The notes under the pieces: model-generated | Database searches by the model: none | Told to the model about the DNA's origin: nothing | Seen by the model: the letters and a program-made list of their open reading frames with translations, nothing else | Shown here: in pieces, positions 1-14,169 of the stretch | How positions within the stretch are numbered: the stretch's first letter is position 1 | Layout of the letters: every line of letters begins with the position of its first letter | Source: Octopus sinensis | Lineage: Eukaryota | DNA length: 64,000 nt | Direction of reading: 5' to 3' | NCBI RefSeq assembly: GCF_006345805.1 | Contig: NC_043011.1 | Location: 65,794,464-65,858,463 of the forward strand | Translations under genes and position numbers: made by a program

Positions 1-399
1 GTTCAGAAAGAGACTTTAAAAGAACTGTTGTCTGTGGACGTGAACTTTGAATTGTACTCTTGAAATGCTGTTGTATTATGCTTTGATCTGTTACATGATG
101 TTGTTAAATGCATTGATCTGTTGTATGATGTATTGAGTAGTCACGTGCATGCTCTGATGTATCTTGATGTTGTAACAATTGTAGTTGTCGTATAAACTGT
201 TGATTGAATATAAGCCAGTGTCTCTGTTGCCTTGCCTCTCTTTGGGTTGTATCTCGGGTTGTGCCTCTGTATCTCTGTGCTGTGCTGCTGTGGTTGTTGT
301 TGTATCTCTCCTCTCTCCTCCTCTTTGGGTTCCGTGGCGGAACTTGTGAGCCGTTCGGGGCGAGCGACGACGGCGGGCGATTCCGTCCGTTTCGTAACA
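1..399 (-). repeat. Possible LTR fragment, truncated by the window edge
   Basis: A GC-richer block ends abruptly at ...tttcgtaaca (399), which reads TGTTACG on the minus strand, a typical LTR start. AT-rich DNA follows. No coding motifs seen. Confidence 0.3.
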
Positions 400-1004
400 G
401 TATATTACAGTTTACAAGTTTTGAATTAATTATTTAAAGCACTTTACGATCGTTTAACATTAGAATTTTCCCTATAATGAACTCCTATAGTGATAAGCAT
501 TTATAGACAACGCTTCTGCTCTTCAGAGATATAAAATTAGAATTGTGTATAACATATCGAATGATAGATTTTTTTTTTTTATAATTTGAAGTAAATGTAT
601 AAAATATTATTTGTTTGAAGGATAAATTAACAATTAAAAATTACTGCTTTTGATGAGATTCTTTAAATCCATATATACTTCCTTGGTTATTCTTCTGCAA
701 TAATCCATAATATTCATATTTAAAATCCGTCATATTATCGTTCCAAGTATAGTTCATATAGTTAGTTGAGAAATGTGAAATTTGTATATGCTTTAGTTTG
801 ATCCTCTTGAAATTCGTATGTCTTCTTGGTAATTCCTCTGTAGCAATCCATAATGCCTTTGTATAAATTTCATTATATTATCCGGTAATCTAAATATAAT
901 GCATATTACAAAATCAAAATATATTTAAAATATAATTTGGTTCTCTCATATATTTCGTCATGCACCAATCTCTCAATTTAACAACCATACCTTGTACCAC
1001 ATAC

Positions 1005-1857
1005 TCAGAAGTTACTGACAGCCTTTGGCAAAGAGAGACAACATCCTAGTAGAAACAAAAATCCAGAAGAACACCCAAACTTTCAGAATGGGACCGTCGA
1101 ACACAAGAGAAATCATAGAAATCTATAAACCACTACTTTCATAAACAAACGTTGCAAAGCGTTTTTTAGTGGTGTGAAATCCTACAGAATTGGTCCCTAG
1201 AGAAGAGAAAGAATGTTATTTTCTCTCACGAGGCAACCTTTAGTATACTTCCAAAGACCGGCAAATTAAACGTCTTAAAGGAACCAGAAGAAGCTTTTGA
1301 CGCAGACTGCCTCCTTTCAACTGTTATAAATGCAGGAGGAAACATGATGATATTGTTGGGTGGGCGCTATATATTGCAAATTCGCCGGCTCAGTGGTTTC
1401 GCGTCATGGCAGAATTAATAATTACGACTATTTAAGCATTTTATCTTATTAATATCATCCTATGTTTGCGAAAATGTTCCTGGAGAGAAACGAAATAATT
1501 CAGGGTGATAATGCACCATTTCACACAGCTAATGTTGTTACTGAATGGCACGAGGGACATTCTAGTGAAGGTAAACCACGTATTCGGTGTCTTCAGGTTT
1601 TAGACCTCAATAATATTGAACTTCTAGGGTGCATTTTAGATACACAAATAATGAGTCGATGTCATCCACCGTTATCAATAGAAGAATTAGAGAATGCTTT
1701 GGCTGAAGAATACATAATAATTCCTTAGTAAACACTTAAAACTCCGTACGAGTCCACACAATTTAAGGTGTAATTACTGCCAAAGTTGGCACTACCTCAT
1801 CTTCAAATAAATTTGTTTGAAATTATGAGGTGTTTCCATTATTTTTGTCAAAGCCTG
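1005..1857 (+). mobile_element. Degenerate Tc1-family DNA transposon
   Basis: Frame-broken motifs RTPKLSEWDRR, KNVIFSHEATF, CLLSTVINAGGNMMI, QGDNAPFHT and LDLNNIE match the Tc1 HTH and DD34E core. A TIR-like end ...ttgtcaaagcctg is followed by TA at 1858. Confidence 0.85.
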
Positions 1858-2531
1858 TATATATATATATATGCATATAGGTGTGTGCGGATATATATAT
1901 ATATATATACATTTGTGAGTGTGAATGAGTATATATATATATAAATATATATCTGTGTATGTATATGCATATATATATTCATCTATCTATCCCTCTTTAT
2001 ATGTATATACATGTCTGTGTGTGTATGTGTGTGAGAGAGACAGACAGAGAGAGTGCATATACAACCATACATACATACACTCATGTGTATATAGGTAGTT
2101 AGGTATGTATGTTCCTGTGTTTGTACGTAAATTTTTATATGAAACAGGAAAATATTTCTTTAAATATATGAGTCTATATAAGAAAAAAACATTTTGTTGC
2201 AAATTATTTTGCTGGCTAAATTATTGAGATTGAATAAAGAACGACTTAATAACGTACAAACACATATGTTACGCTGGATTTGTTTATTTAAGATAGAACA
2301 ATATTCCAAGAGCATTTAAATTTGTCTCCATCGAATTTATTGCCGAGCACCCCGATGGAGTTCTCACAATTTATTTTCCTTGTCACTTTAGATAAAGATT
2401 TAGTCATATTGTTTTAATTTTCATTGTTCATTATTTTCTGTTTCTACATAATTTAGTAAATCAAAGTATCATCCATAACTTTATATTTCTATGACATTTT
2501 GCTATGTATGTACCTATGCGTCTATATATAT

Positions 2532-3252
2532 AGGTCGTCTGCTGCTGGAGAGGACCGACCAGGTAAAGGACCTGGGTATCTTGGTGGATTCTTACTTTTC
2601 GCCTTCGGCCCAATGCGTCCGAACTGCCAAGAAATTACGCGGAGATCTGTTCTTGATTTGACGGTCATTCGGAATGCACACAGCAGCCTATTCCTACCGC
2701 TCTGTGTCATCTGGTGTGACCCATATTGAAGAACGGGATTCAAGCCTCTTCTCCTTATCTCCTCAAAGACATACAGCATCTTGAAAGAGTCCAGAAGCTG
2801 GTTACCTGCATGGTTCTTGGTCTCAAGCATTTGTCTTATGAAGAAAGGCTAAAGACGCTCCATCTTCATTCTCTAGAAAAACGACGACGCCGTGGTGATC
2901 TCATTCTTGCTCATAACATCATAAGCGGAAAGTGTAACGTCTCGAAAGAGCTGTTCTTCACACCTGTTCTAGAGTGTCGGCTGCGGGGTCACTCCGAAAA
3001 GCTCTCTCTGCGACGATTTCATTTCAATCGAAGGAGAGGGGCTTTCTCCGTCCGGGTTGCAGATCCGTGGAATAAGCTGCTGGACGAGATAGTGAAGATG
3101 CCGACGATCGCTCTTTTCAAAGTCTCCCTTGACCACAAGTGGCCTGAACTCTTTACATGAACACCACACTGTACATGACTCGATGTCCCCCTACATGGCC
3201 TTGCTTTTTGCTTTTTGAGCCAAATAATTAACTAACTAACTAACTAACTAAC
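2532..3252 (+). mobile_element. 5'-truncated CR1-group LINE, 3' end
   Basis: ORF 2726..3160 reads KDIQHLERVQK...LSYEERL..L.LHSLEKRRRRGDLI, a CR1 RT C-terminus. Ends in a (TAAC)n tail. Same family as 26684-27530. Confidence 0.9.
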
Positions 3253-4554
3253 ATATACTAATATAGATATATACGAATAGTAGTGAAAAATCCCTACTTT
3301 TAGTGAATCATCAAAGCGGTCGCTAGATGTTCAACGTTCCGAGTTCCTTCACAATGCTTAAAGCATACAAAGGACCGATGCAATACGTGTATTATCTTAC
3401 AAACGTATATCCTATGAAAACAAAATAATTAACTGATATTCATACTACTTCATTTCACACAAAGCCTAGAGAATTTTACACACCGCCTCTCATATCAATA
3501 AATTGTTTCCACTCTTGAAATTCTTTTACTTAGCATTTGAATTGAACGCAATTATACCGAGGGCATGCATAGCTTCATAGCACAGTTTACTCAGACCTAA
3601 CCTTCTTGGAACTATAAATTTCCAAATTATCCGTTTGATTTCACAGATACATTGAACTCCCAGCGTACTTTAGTAACTGCAAAACACCAACGCGATTTAG
3701 TAAAATATATTTTTGGTAGTTGAGTGTTATGCGGTCTCCTAAATTCCCCATTGGCTTTGCACTTATAAAGATCTTAGTATAACCATTTCAATCTGATGTG
3801 TCACCTTATAAAGCGAACAGATTTATAGGTGTCCGTCCAATGGAAAAATGTATGTCCCCAAAGCAAAGACGTAATATGTCAAGAAAGGAGTATAAATCAA
3901 GGAGAATTGTAGAAAACCGAGGGCGAGAGTCTCAAAAGAGAAAGGTGGTGAGACTTACTAAAGATCACCAAGCTCATACTGCAGCACGTGAAATAGAGTC
4001 CGAAGATGGCGGTGAGATGATGTTTTCCGAAGATCAGAAAAGGCATCCAGCACCACATCAAATGGGATCTCAAGACAGATGAGAGATGAGAGTTGCTCAA
4101 GATCAGCTGGACATGCTACAGCACGTCAGATGGAGGACCATTAGTGAAGGGAGAGGGAGATGAGACTTTACCAAGGTTAGCAAATGCATTGGTCAGCACA
4201 TCGGATGGAGTTTCAAAAGAGATGCAAGGTGACATTTTCACAAGCTCTCCAAAAGAAATGAGACTTTCCCAAGATCAGCAAAGAGGAAATGACTTCCCAA
4301 TGATCAGCAAACGCATGCTGCAGCACTTCACGCTGGATTATTGAACGATATGTTTTTTTTTTCTGATTGGTCAGTGGTCCATTAGGATACCTTACATATA
4401 ATGACCACGTACAAATTCGTTCTTCACAACTCCTACAGCTGCTTTCAAATGTGATCCAACCCTTCCTGTGAAAAGATACTTTTGTCGATAGTCGTGTGCT
4501 AAATTGAAATTAACATCTCAGCATAGCTTATAAACTTTAAAATTAAATTAATGA

Positions 4555-4850
4555 CACACGCTACTCAAACGGTAATGTAACATTAGCACTACAAGCAAGA
4601 CCTTCTGAAACTCTTATAGATTGTCTGGAAGGCCTTTCCATTCAATCAAAGGATTTTCTAAACAGTATCACAGAAGTCAACGCCACATTTCAGATGTCAT
4701 CGCTTGGTGCATCTAAAGATATATTGGAACATGGATTAACATACTCGTTGAAAGATAAATGGCAGGTCTATGAATACGTTGCAAGCACAGCTACTTCAAA
4801 TTTACTTTCTGAGTGATGGAGGACAACGAAGGTGAAGGAGATGTCAAAAC
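4555..4850 (+). mobile_element. Helitron Rep N-terminal fragment (degenerate)
   Basis: Translates to SNGNVTL...FLNSITEVNATFQMSSLGA...KINGQVYE...LQIYFLSD, resembling the Helitron YNS.FQMTSFG / GQVYH / LQIYF motifs. Confidence 0.65.
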
Positions 4851-5039
4851 ATCAGACGTTGTGCATACTTATTGATAACAACGTTAAGATAACAAGAGAA
4901 ACAATGAGACCTCGATATTATGTAAATAGACGATTTTATGTGTAAAAGTAATATGTGACAATTATTCGGTAGCTATGATAAAGCTCCGAGTTTTGGATGC
5001 CGAGGTGGAAATCGAATAATTGTCATATATTACTTATAC

Positions 5040-5091
<52 letters not shown>

Positions 5092-5095
<4 letters not shown>

Positions 5096-6352
5096 GAGGT
5101 GTGTATGTAAAGTCTTGAGCCTCAAAAAAGGAAAACATGTTAGGAAACTGCTGATGATTAATTTCTCAAAATACTCCCTCCCACCCCACGCGATGGCTGA
5201 ACAGTTTCTCCAGCGATGATGAATCGCCATTATACCGGCGTAGAAGATCTCTTTTGTTGGAGATGCCAAAAAATTTCTATGACGCCATTTTCACTGGCAA
5301 AATGTCTACCAGCCAGAGCTTTTTACATTTTGGGGGGAACTGTTGAAAATCAGAGGGGGCGAAGTCTGGCGAATTAGACGGGTGCGGAACATGTTCGTAT
5401 CCACAATCACGAACTTTTGCCATGACTACCACAAAAGTGTAGGCTGCAGCATCGTCGTGATGAAAAGTAACTCTTCTGATGAACATTCTCAGCTATGTTT
5501 CTTTGATTGCTTCTCGAAGGCGTCTCTCTAGCTGAGAATAACGCAGTCATTTTATTTTGACAATTTTTCGATATAATCGAGAATCCCCCACCGAAAAAAA
5601 CAACACGGATGCCATGACATTGCCAGCTGAAGGAATGACCAAGGCTTTCTTTGGTGTTGGAGAATTTGTGTGCTTCCGCTGCTTTGATTGTTCGTCTTTT
5701 CATGCTGTTCGTGATGAAACTAATTTTCCACAATAGAAATGAAACGAACAAGAAAATTCTCTTCATCGGCTACAAAGCGATTCAGATCCCTCGTTGACAG
5801 TGTGCCTCTGGGGCGTTTCTGTTTAGGGATCAAAAGGCGAAAAGCCATGATTTCTTGTGACAATGCTGCCTGCTCTTTCAAAGCCTATGCTTAGTCTCTA
5901 GGCTATGCAACGACAGGATCTTCGTCGATCTAGCGGTATGAGACCAGTAACAAGTTGACGGCTATCTTTGTTTGTTCCAGTTGGACGTCTCACTGGTCTC
6001 GTTCATCTTCCACACTTAACCAGTCACTTTGAGTTAAGTTACCCAGCATTTGAATGTTGCATATGAAGGGATAGTGTCTGTTAAATTTTTCACCATATCA
6101 TCATGGACTTCTGACGGAGTGAAGCCTTTCAAATGAACGTACTTTATGACAACACGATACTCAGTTTTCTCCATTTTCCTAGGAAACTCGACACTTGTAT
6201 ATTCAAAAATTTGAAAAAAAAATTAAAATATCAGAATCATGAAAATAAGTAAAGAATATTCCGCAAAGCCTGTAGTCATGAGAAAAATTGGTTCCGCTAC
6301 CTAGCAGCATCGTTTCAATGTTACGCTGAAAACTTTTCCTACAACCTTCCTA
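5092..6352 (-). mobile_element. Degenerate mariner transposon
   Basis: Minus-strand HHDDAAAYT...HVPHPSNSPDFAPSDF matches mariner HDNA and YSPDLAPSDF. Degenerate TIRs next to TA-rich flanks at about 5092 and 6350. Confidence 0.85.
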
Positions 6353-7500
6353 TACATTCATACACACACACACACAAAAAACAAAAACACATACACACAC
6401 ACACAAACACACTTACATACACACACACATATATACAGACAAGTTTTCGAAACATGCCTTTGTCTGTACACATATATATTCCCCTTACATTACTGAAAGC
6501 TGAAGAGTTATCTCCCGTACCCAAAACAATAACCATAATAATGACAGCCAATTACCTCTCATTATTTATCTACTTGTGAAGTCATTCAATTGTGAATTTC
6601 ATCACACACAACATGGACAAATTTTTCTTCTTAAGAAAAATACATATTCATTATGTAAAGCATTATATCATAAATAACGATAGCGAAACCGGTCGATATA
6701 TTAAAAATGATATTAAAACTATGTAAGTGTGCGTGTTTTCCTTTCTTAATTTCTTATATACATTACAACTCACAACGTTGGGATAATCTAAATTCCTCTT
6801 TTCTTTTACTATATATATATATACATGTGTGTGTGTGTGTGTGTGTGTAGGAGAGTATTGTAGTTCACTTCAGGCATTGTGTATTGTTTCGGAAACCATA
6901 ATATGTCTTGAATGTCACAACCGAGCAGAGTGGACTATAATAACTTCTAGAATTTAATTACCAATAGTCTAATATAAGATTAATATTTAGTAATATAAAA
7001 ACAATTCTACTTCAGATATCACTAGGATTGGATTAGAATGTTTCTGCGAAAGGTTCAATAATCCCTTAGCGAACTCGGCCTGAATCTGGCGTAGAGTCCA
7101 CTCCGCAATGTTCTGCCATTTAAGACACGTTATTACCACGCCTTTCCGGTATTATTATCAGTCGTGGTTGTTTATTTTATATGTCTATGAAAGAGACAAA
7201 CGCTGGTTGTTTTCGAATGAAAATGCCAGGGATATTTAGTATCACGACGCGCACCAAGTGTCTAGATTTAGGAATCGATTCGGTACGGGAAAATGATTGG
7301 GGTATATATTTCGCTATTGTATAAATTATTTTTCTGTTTTATTAATTAATTTTTGAGAGCAATCTTGTTCCTTTTCACTATTGTCATTTTTGATAGGAGC
7401 TGAGTTTATTTTAGATATTTGCATGTTCAAAATTATCTCTACCTAATCGTTGAGAGGACGTTTGTACTGACGTGGTGCAGGTTTCCGTTCGCTGAGAGAG

Positions 7501-7622
7501 CTTCTTCTTCTTCTTCTTCTTCTTCTTCTTCTTCTTCTTCTTCTTCTTCTTCTTCTTCTTCTTCTTCTTCTTCTTCTTTTTCTTCTTCTTCTTCTTCTTC
7601 TTCTTCTTCTTTTTTTCTTTTT

Positions 7623-7652
<30 letters not shown>
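7501..7652. repeat. (CTT)n followed by (TA)n microsatellite
   Basis: Direct inspection. It accounts for the poly-S, poly-K and poly-R stretches in the ORF track. Confidence 0.97.
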
Positions 7653-7656
<4 letters not shown>

Positions 7657-10571
7657 ACTACATCCTTGCAAGGCAAAGGGAGAGATGGCTGCTTATAAAT
7701 GCCAAAACCTTCCCAGGTGAAGAATGTACCCCACAACATAGGCTGGTAGTTAGTGACTTTAGGAACAGGACTAGGAGGACAACCAGAAGACGACCAATAT
7801 GGAGAAGAAGGATCTGGAAGCTTAAAGATCCTGCAAATGGACAGAGATTTAGGGACATATTACTTGAAGCCTCTGACGAAGTAGAAGGGGATAGAGCATC
7901 ACAGGGGGTAGAAGACAGCTGGACGTTTCTAAGGGACAACCTGCTGAGAGCCACTAACCAGATCTGTGGCTGGTGCAAAGTCCCCTCTCGACCTAGAATA
8001 ACGTGGTGGTGGAACAATATTGTAGACAGGGCTATTAGAGAAAAGAGACAGGCTTGGAAGGTCTGGAAAAATGGGGGTAGCAGGGAATTGTATCAGACTG
8101 TCAAAAGAGAAGCTAGGAGACAGGTTTATTTAGCCAGAGTGGAAGCAGATAAGAAAACATTTGCCAATGTTCTGCGCCGTGAGGACCAAAGACTGGAGGT
8201 GTTTCGCGTTGCAAGACAGTGTGTGAGAGAGAATCGTGATGTGGTAGGAGAGAAGTGTGTTCGCATGGAAGATGGTTCACTTGCGCTAAATGAGGATGCA
8301 AAGAGAGAAGCTTGGAGACGCCACTATGAAAGGTTGCTGAATAAAGAAAATGAATGGGATAAAGAGAGTCTGCCGAATGTTGAACCAACAGAGGGACCAG
8401 CTATCCGAGTTGATAGTTCCGTGGTAGCTAAGGCAATTAGAAGCATGAAGACAGGAAAAGCCCCAGGCCCATCAGGAATCACTGCAGAGATGCTAAAAAT
8501 GTCTGGTAGTGTCGGCTATAGCCTAGTCACCCGTATAGTTAATCAGGTGATACACAAAGGAGTCATACCCAATGACTGGTGTAGCAGCATAATAGTCAAC
8601 TGCTACAAAGGTAAAGGTGACGCTCTAGATACAAATAACTACAGAGGTATCAAGCTGTTGGATCAGGTAATGAAGGTTACGGAGAGGGTCATAGCCCAAC
8701 TAATTAGAGAGAGAGTTAGTTTAGATGAGATGCAGTTTGGGTTTGTGCCAGGGAAAAGTACTACTGATGCTATATTCCTGGTAAGGCAGCTGCAGGAGAA
8801 ATACCTAGCCAAAGATAAGCCCCTGTACCTGGCTTTTGTTGACATGGAGAAAGATTTCGACAGGGACCCCGATCCCTTATCTGGTGGGCAATGAGGAAAC
8901 TAGGGATAGATGAATGGTTAGTGAGAGCTGTGCGGGCCATGTATAGGGATGCTGCTAGTAGGGTGAGGGTTGGAAACGAGTACAGTGAAGAATTCCGGGT
9001 AGAGGTAGGGGTCCACCAAGGCTCACTACTCAGCCCCCTCCTATTTATCATAGTCCTCTAGGCAATAACGGAGGAATTCAAGAGAGGATGCCCTTGGGAG
9101 CTCCTCTATGCTGATGACCTTGCTCTAATTGCTGAGTCGCTATGAGAACTGGAGGAGAAGTTTCAGGTGTGGAAACAAGGATTAGAATCGAAGGGCCTCA
9201 GAATCAATCTAGCTAAAACCAAAGTCGTAATCAGTAGGAAGGTAGACAAATCACAAACGCCTTCAGGTAGATGGCCCTGCTCGATCTGTAGAAACGGTGT
9301 AGGTAGAAACTCTATAAGATGCACCAAGTGTAAGCTATGGACACATAAGAGGTGCAGCAATGTCAAAGGAAGGCTAACTAGGAAGATGGTTTTTGTATGT
9401 GGCAGATGCTCAGGAACAATAAACACTGAAAATGCTCTGAGACCAACTTCCGTCACTTTCCAGGGAGAAAAACTAGAAATAGTTGATAGTTTCCGTTACC
9501 TAGGTGACCAAGTCAGCAGCGGGGGCGGGTGTGCTGAAAGTGTATCTGCTAGAGTAAGAATAGCTTGGGCAAAGTTCAGAGAGCTCTTACCTTTGCTGGT
9601 GACAAAAGGCCTCTCGCACAGAGTGAAAGGCAGACTGTATGATGCGTGTGTACGAACAGCCATGCTACATGGCAGTGAAACATGGGCCGTGACTGCTGAG
9701 GATATGCGTAAGCTCGCAAGAAATGAAGCCAGTATGCTCCGATGGATGTGTAATGTCAGCGTGCATAGATGACAGCGTGTAAGTACCTTGAGAGAAAAGC
9801 TGGACCTAAGAAGCATCAGATGTGGTGTGCAAGAGAGACGTTTGCGCTGGTATGGTCATGTGGCGAAAATGGATGAAGATAGTTGTGTGAAAAAGTGCCA
9901 CACCCTAGCGGTTGAGGGAACCTGTGGAAGAGGCAGACCCAGGAAAACCTGGGACGAGGTGGTGAAGCACGACCTTCGAACTTTAGGTCTCACTGAGGAA
10001 ATGACTAGAGACCGAGTCCTCTGGAAGTGTGCTGTGCGCGAGAAGACCCGGCAGGACAAGTGAGTCCAGAACCCGTGGCCTTCTACATGGGATGGAACCA
10101 GCCTACGTATGCATACCTTCCCTTCTTGTGACACAAAACTCTACTTGTGAAGACCTGTTGAGGCAAGTGAGGATCAGAATCGAAATCGATCAATGGAAAT
10201 TGCAGATGTGCTACCAGTGCCGGTGGCATGTAAGAGAACCTTCCGTTTCGCGACCGTTGCCAGCACCGCCCCGTTTCGTGTACGTTGCCAGCCTCGCCTG
10301 GCCCTCGTGCCGGTGGCACATAAAAAGCACCATCTGTTCGTGGCCGTTTGCCAGCTCTGTCTGGCACCTGTGCAGGTGGCACGTAAAAAGCACCCACTAC
10401 ACTCACGGAGTGGTTGGCGTTAGGAAAGGCATCCAGCCGTAGAAACACTGCCAGATTTGACTGGGCCTGATGAAGCCTTCTGGCTTCACAGACCCCAGTA
10501 GAACCGTCCAACCCATGCTAGCATGGAAAACGGACGCTAAACGATGATGATGATGATGATGATGATGATGA
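7653..10571 (+). mobile_element. RTE-clade LINE, 5'-truncated, with stops and frameshifts
   Basis: End of AP endonuclease (IDYIL...QHRLVV). RT motifs KAPGPSGI, NYRGIKLL, QFGFVPGKSTTDAIF, GVHQGSLLSPLLF and LLYADDL. A PHD-like CxxC...CxxC...H..C...CxxC insert, RRLRWYGHV, a 3' UTR and a (GAT)n tail. Confidence 0.95.
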
Positions 10572-10659
10572 TATATATGTATATAAACATATAATTTCAT
10601 ATTCTATTAACACTCACAGCTTAACTTGCTTGTTAAGAAAATGTCAGCTACCGAAGGCC

Positions 10660-11900
10660 GCCAAGCTAAGGTGGCATATATTTCACTGGTCACGCTTGAA
10701 GAACCTCGATAAGAATTCTTGCAGTTCCAAGCAACGCTGATTTTTATGGGTTTTCCACCTACACACTTGCACTGATCTTTTTCCGCCATGATGGTAGTTG
10801 AGTGCACCAATAACTACTCGTATCCGACAACTCATGTTATTGTCCACAACTTTCGTATGCCCCACTTTAAATCGTAATACAACTTTACTTTTTTCTTCTT
10901 TTACGTTCATCCATTCGTCATCGGACATGCTAAGTTGATTATGGTGCATGTTCGTACTATTTTATTCAATGCAAAAGTCTCCGGTGTCTGATATGTAGTC
11001 TGATTATAGCATTTCATAATTGAATCCTACAGGATTTTGCAATTCTTATTTTCGGTGACAGCTTTCTCTGTTTGCGGAACCCGCGGCTTTGCCCTTTGTA
11101 GACCGTGATTTCCTCACAGTTCTCAACTGATCATTCTTGCCACATTGTTATGGTGTCTTTTCTATTCGCATTGTTTCAATTTCGTGCATCTTTTGATATC
11201 CAGGTTGCCCCAGCATTGCCGTAAGATGTTAATTCAGCTTTCCATCTCAAAATACGTCACATCTTTAAACACGTGACATTCCTCACAATTCCCAACTGAT
11301 CTAAGCCTCAATGCTCCACGAATAAGAACTCATATCATAAGATTTGTTTATAGTCTGCAGGTCATTTCTACATTTCTACTTCGTTTAAAATCCAGCCTTA
11401 CAATTTTCTCTACCAATATTTGGCCTTTGGTACGCCTGCAGCTACGTCTACAGACTTTCTTTTCTGATGGTAATATATCGTTTTCATCAAATTCTTTATA
11501 CAGTTCTTCTGCAATTCCTCCTGTCAGTACCTTCAAGTTTGACAGGAAGCAGGAAATTTGTCTGTAATTGCTGCAGCATTTAACTGTGATGAATCCTTCA
11601 GGCACAGTACTGTTCGTCGTTTTCTGTACCATCCCACGATTTCCTCTTCTCCATTCATTAATGCATTCAAATGCGCTGCTTTCGACTTGCTTGAAATTTT
11701 ACTTATTTCCGCTACTGTCTTCTGTGAAGTTAATAGCCTCTTGCTGGGGACAAGAAGCTGATTACGTCAGCTTTGCTCTTAATGTCTAGATAAAATCTAA
11801 TTTAATATTTATTCGGTCCAAAACAATTTGTTTCATAGTATTGTTTAATCCGTAGTTCAAATCTGGTCATCTGTGACCTACGTATGGCGGAAACACTGTA
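10660..11900 (-). mobile_element. Highly degenerate R4/Dong-like (restriction-like endonuclease) non-LTR fragment
   Basis: Minus-strand NYRQISC, EKKVCRRSCRRTKGQILVEK, NVKEEKSK, IRVVIGAL and LGTARIL-like motifs. Confidence 0.65.
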
Positions 11901-12442
11901 TTATTCAACGTTATTATGCATAATAATCATATTCTTATACGGGACTTCTTTCATGAATCTATCTGGAAACATTTGCTTTATTTCACAAATGTCATCAAAA
12001 TGACCCTCGGGTTCTACTGTGCAATGTATTTCCGGTGTAAATGACAAATACTTATGAAATATATTTAGTGATATTCCGATATCACATCGGAAATTGTGTG
12101 ACGAAGTTTAACATATTAAATATAACACAATAATTCAGTTAACATTTTCTTAACGGATCTTTAACTGAACACAGTTGGATACGTTTATCCCAATACATAT
12201 ATACTGTTGTTTCAACAACTAGTAATCGTTATGTCAAAGAATAAGTAATACATATGTTGATCGAAATGAAAACCTGTACGTTAATATATGTTATTCGGTA
12301 CACGTTGCTGAATACTCAAATATCGAAGAATTTTAATGCAAATATGAAAGTATGATTTATTGAAGATATATTTCAGATATTTGGAATATCAAAAGAAATA
12401 CAAAATTAAGTCAGGGAATCATTATTGCAGTATTTTCTGTAT

Positions 12443-12505
12443 TTAGTTGTTCTTAAATAATATCACCAGAAATCCACTAAGGATTGTTGATAGTGGGGAT
12501 GCCAT
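12443..12505 (-). CDS. Gene C exon 5 (terminal): MASPLSTILSGFLVILFKNN*, hydrophobic GPI-signal-like tail
   Basis: Strong acceptor ttattctttttacag. Phase 0 matches exon 4. TAA at 12445-12443, and AATAAA on the minus strand at 12356-12361. Confidence 0.65.
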   Translation of the reverse strand: MASPLSTILSGFLVILFKNN

Positions 12506-12759
12506 CTGTAAAAAGAATAATAAAATAGGTTATGCATAAATGGTGGAAAGTATTCTGATATGGGTTATGTAAATATTTCGTTAAAATATCATTGCATTTA
12601 TCAAAAGTTACAAAATGTTTCGTCACGCTATGGAGAGTGCCTAACATTATACTGAAATATATCCTTCATTTTCTGAACGAACAAAAAGCCTCTGACATTA
12701 TTATACATTGGTAGTACTTAATCCGGTCTTTAATTCTTCAATTTGTGGCAGTAATATTT

Positions 12760-13130
12760 CGTAGCGGCCATGCCGGGGCACATGCTTTAAGGGTTCGTTA
12801 GTCGGAGAAGTCTTTACCGGTACTTCTTTGTAAGCCTACTCCTTATTTAATTGCTGACCCGCTAAGTTTCTGCGGCATAAACACCAATTCTGGTTGCCAA
12901 GCGGTAATGGAGGGACAAACAGAGATACAAAGACACACACATACACACATTGATTTATACATATTAAAGTGCCGTGTGTTTCTTTCAGTTTCCGTGTACG
13001 AAATTCATTCACCAATCTATGATTGGACCAAGGCTATTGCAGAAAATATTTGCCATGTATGACATGCAGCGGGACTGATTATAGAACCATGTATTTGGTA
13101 AACCTGCTTCTTGCAAGATAGCCAATCCTC
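12760..13130 (-). mobile_element. Degenerate tRNA-derived SINE (octopus OR-like family)
   Basis: Matches 21552-21926 (gcggccatgc..., ttctttcagtttccgt, gggactga). Confidence 0.75.
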
Positions 13131-13694
13131 AGTAACATCTCATTTACCTACTGCAGAATGGATCGTGGTTAACGTAATCACTTGATATAGAAGAGAATAA
13201 TGGAATCAATGGAACTCTCTTACTCAATTAGGTGCTTTCCATTCAATAAAGAGAGAATATATTATAAAGAATAATGAATTTAGAGTTATACAGAAATGGC
13301 ATCTTTAAACATTTTGTAAACTCTAAAAAATGAAACTCTGCGAGATATAATAAAAAGAGAAATGCTTGGGAATTTTCTTCAAAGTACCAAAATTAAAAAT
13401 ATTCTTTCCGATATTGTTTATTCTTACCTGAAGCTATACCAAAATCAACGAAGAAATTTGCTGTGCATTATTCTTGCGACTTCTATCTTATTTCAGTCAC
13501 TGGTTTTGGACTGTGTCAGACCCCCAACACAAGAAACTTTGGTCGAATTCACTTTCGCTTACATGCCTGGTGCATAATCTATCATTCTCTCTTGCCGAAC
13601 ACATAAATGACAGGAAATTAAACACGTGTACTTGTCAAACGGTATCGGTACAAACACACAAACAGATACACACTCATACATATGTGTGTGTATG

Positions 13695-14165
<471 letters not shown>

Positions 14166-14169
14166 CAAA

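Noticed and set aside
3798-4344. Short ORFs in a purine-rich block with recurring agatcagc words
   Set aside because: No recognisable domain or splice structure. Probably an unclassified repeat fragment.
6707-7480. Possible fourth paralogue (ATG...gtaagt at about 6707-6722; AG-bounded segments at about 7015 and 7415-7480)
   Set aside because: No hydrophobic signal exon, no C-x7-C-x13-C pattern, and inconsistent phases.
7419-8894. 491-aa ORF as a host gene with a poly-Ser N-terminus
   Set aside because: It is read-through from (CTT)n and (TA)n microsatellites into the RTE LINE frame.
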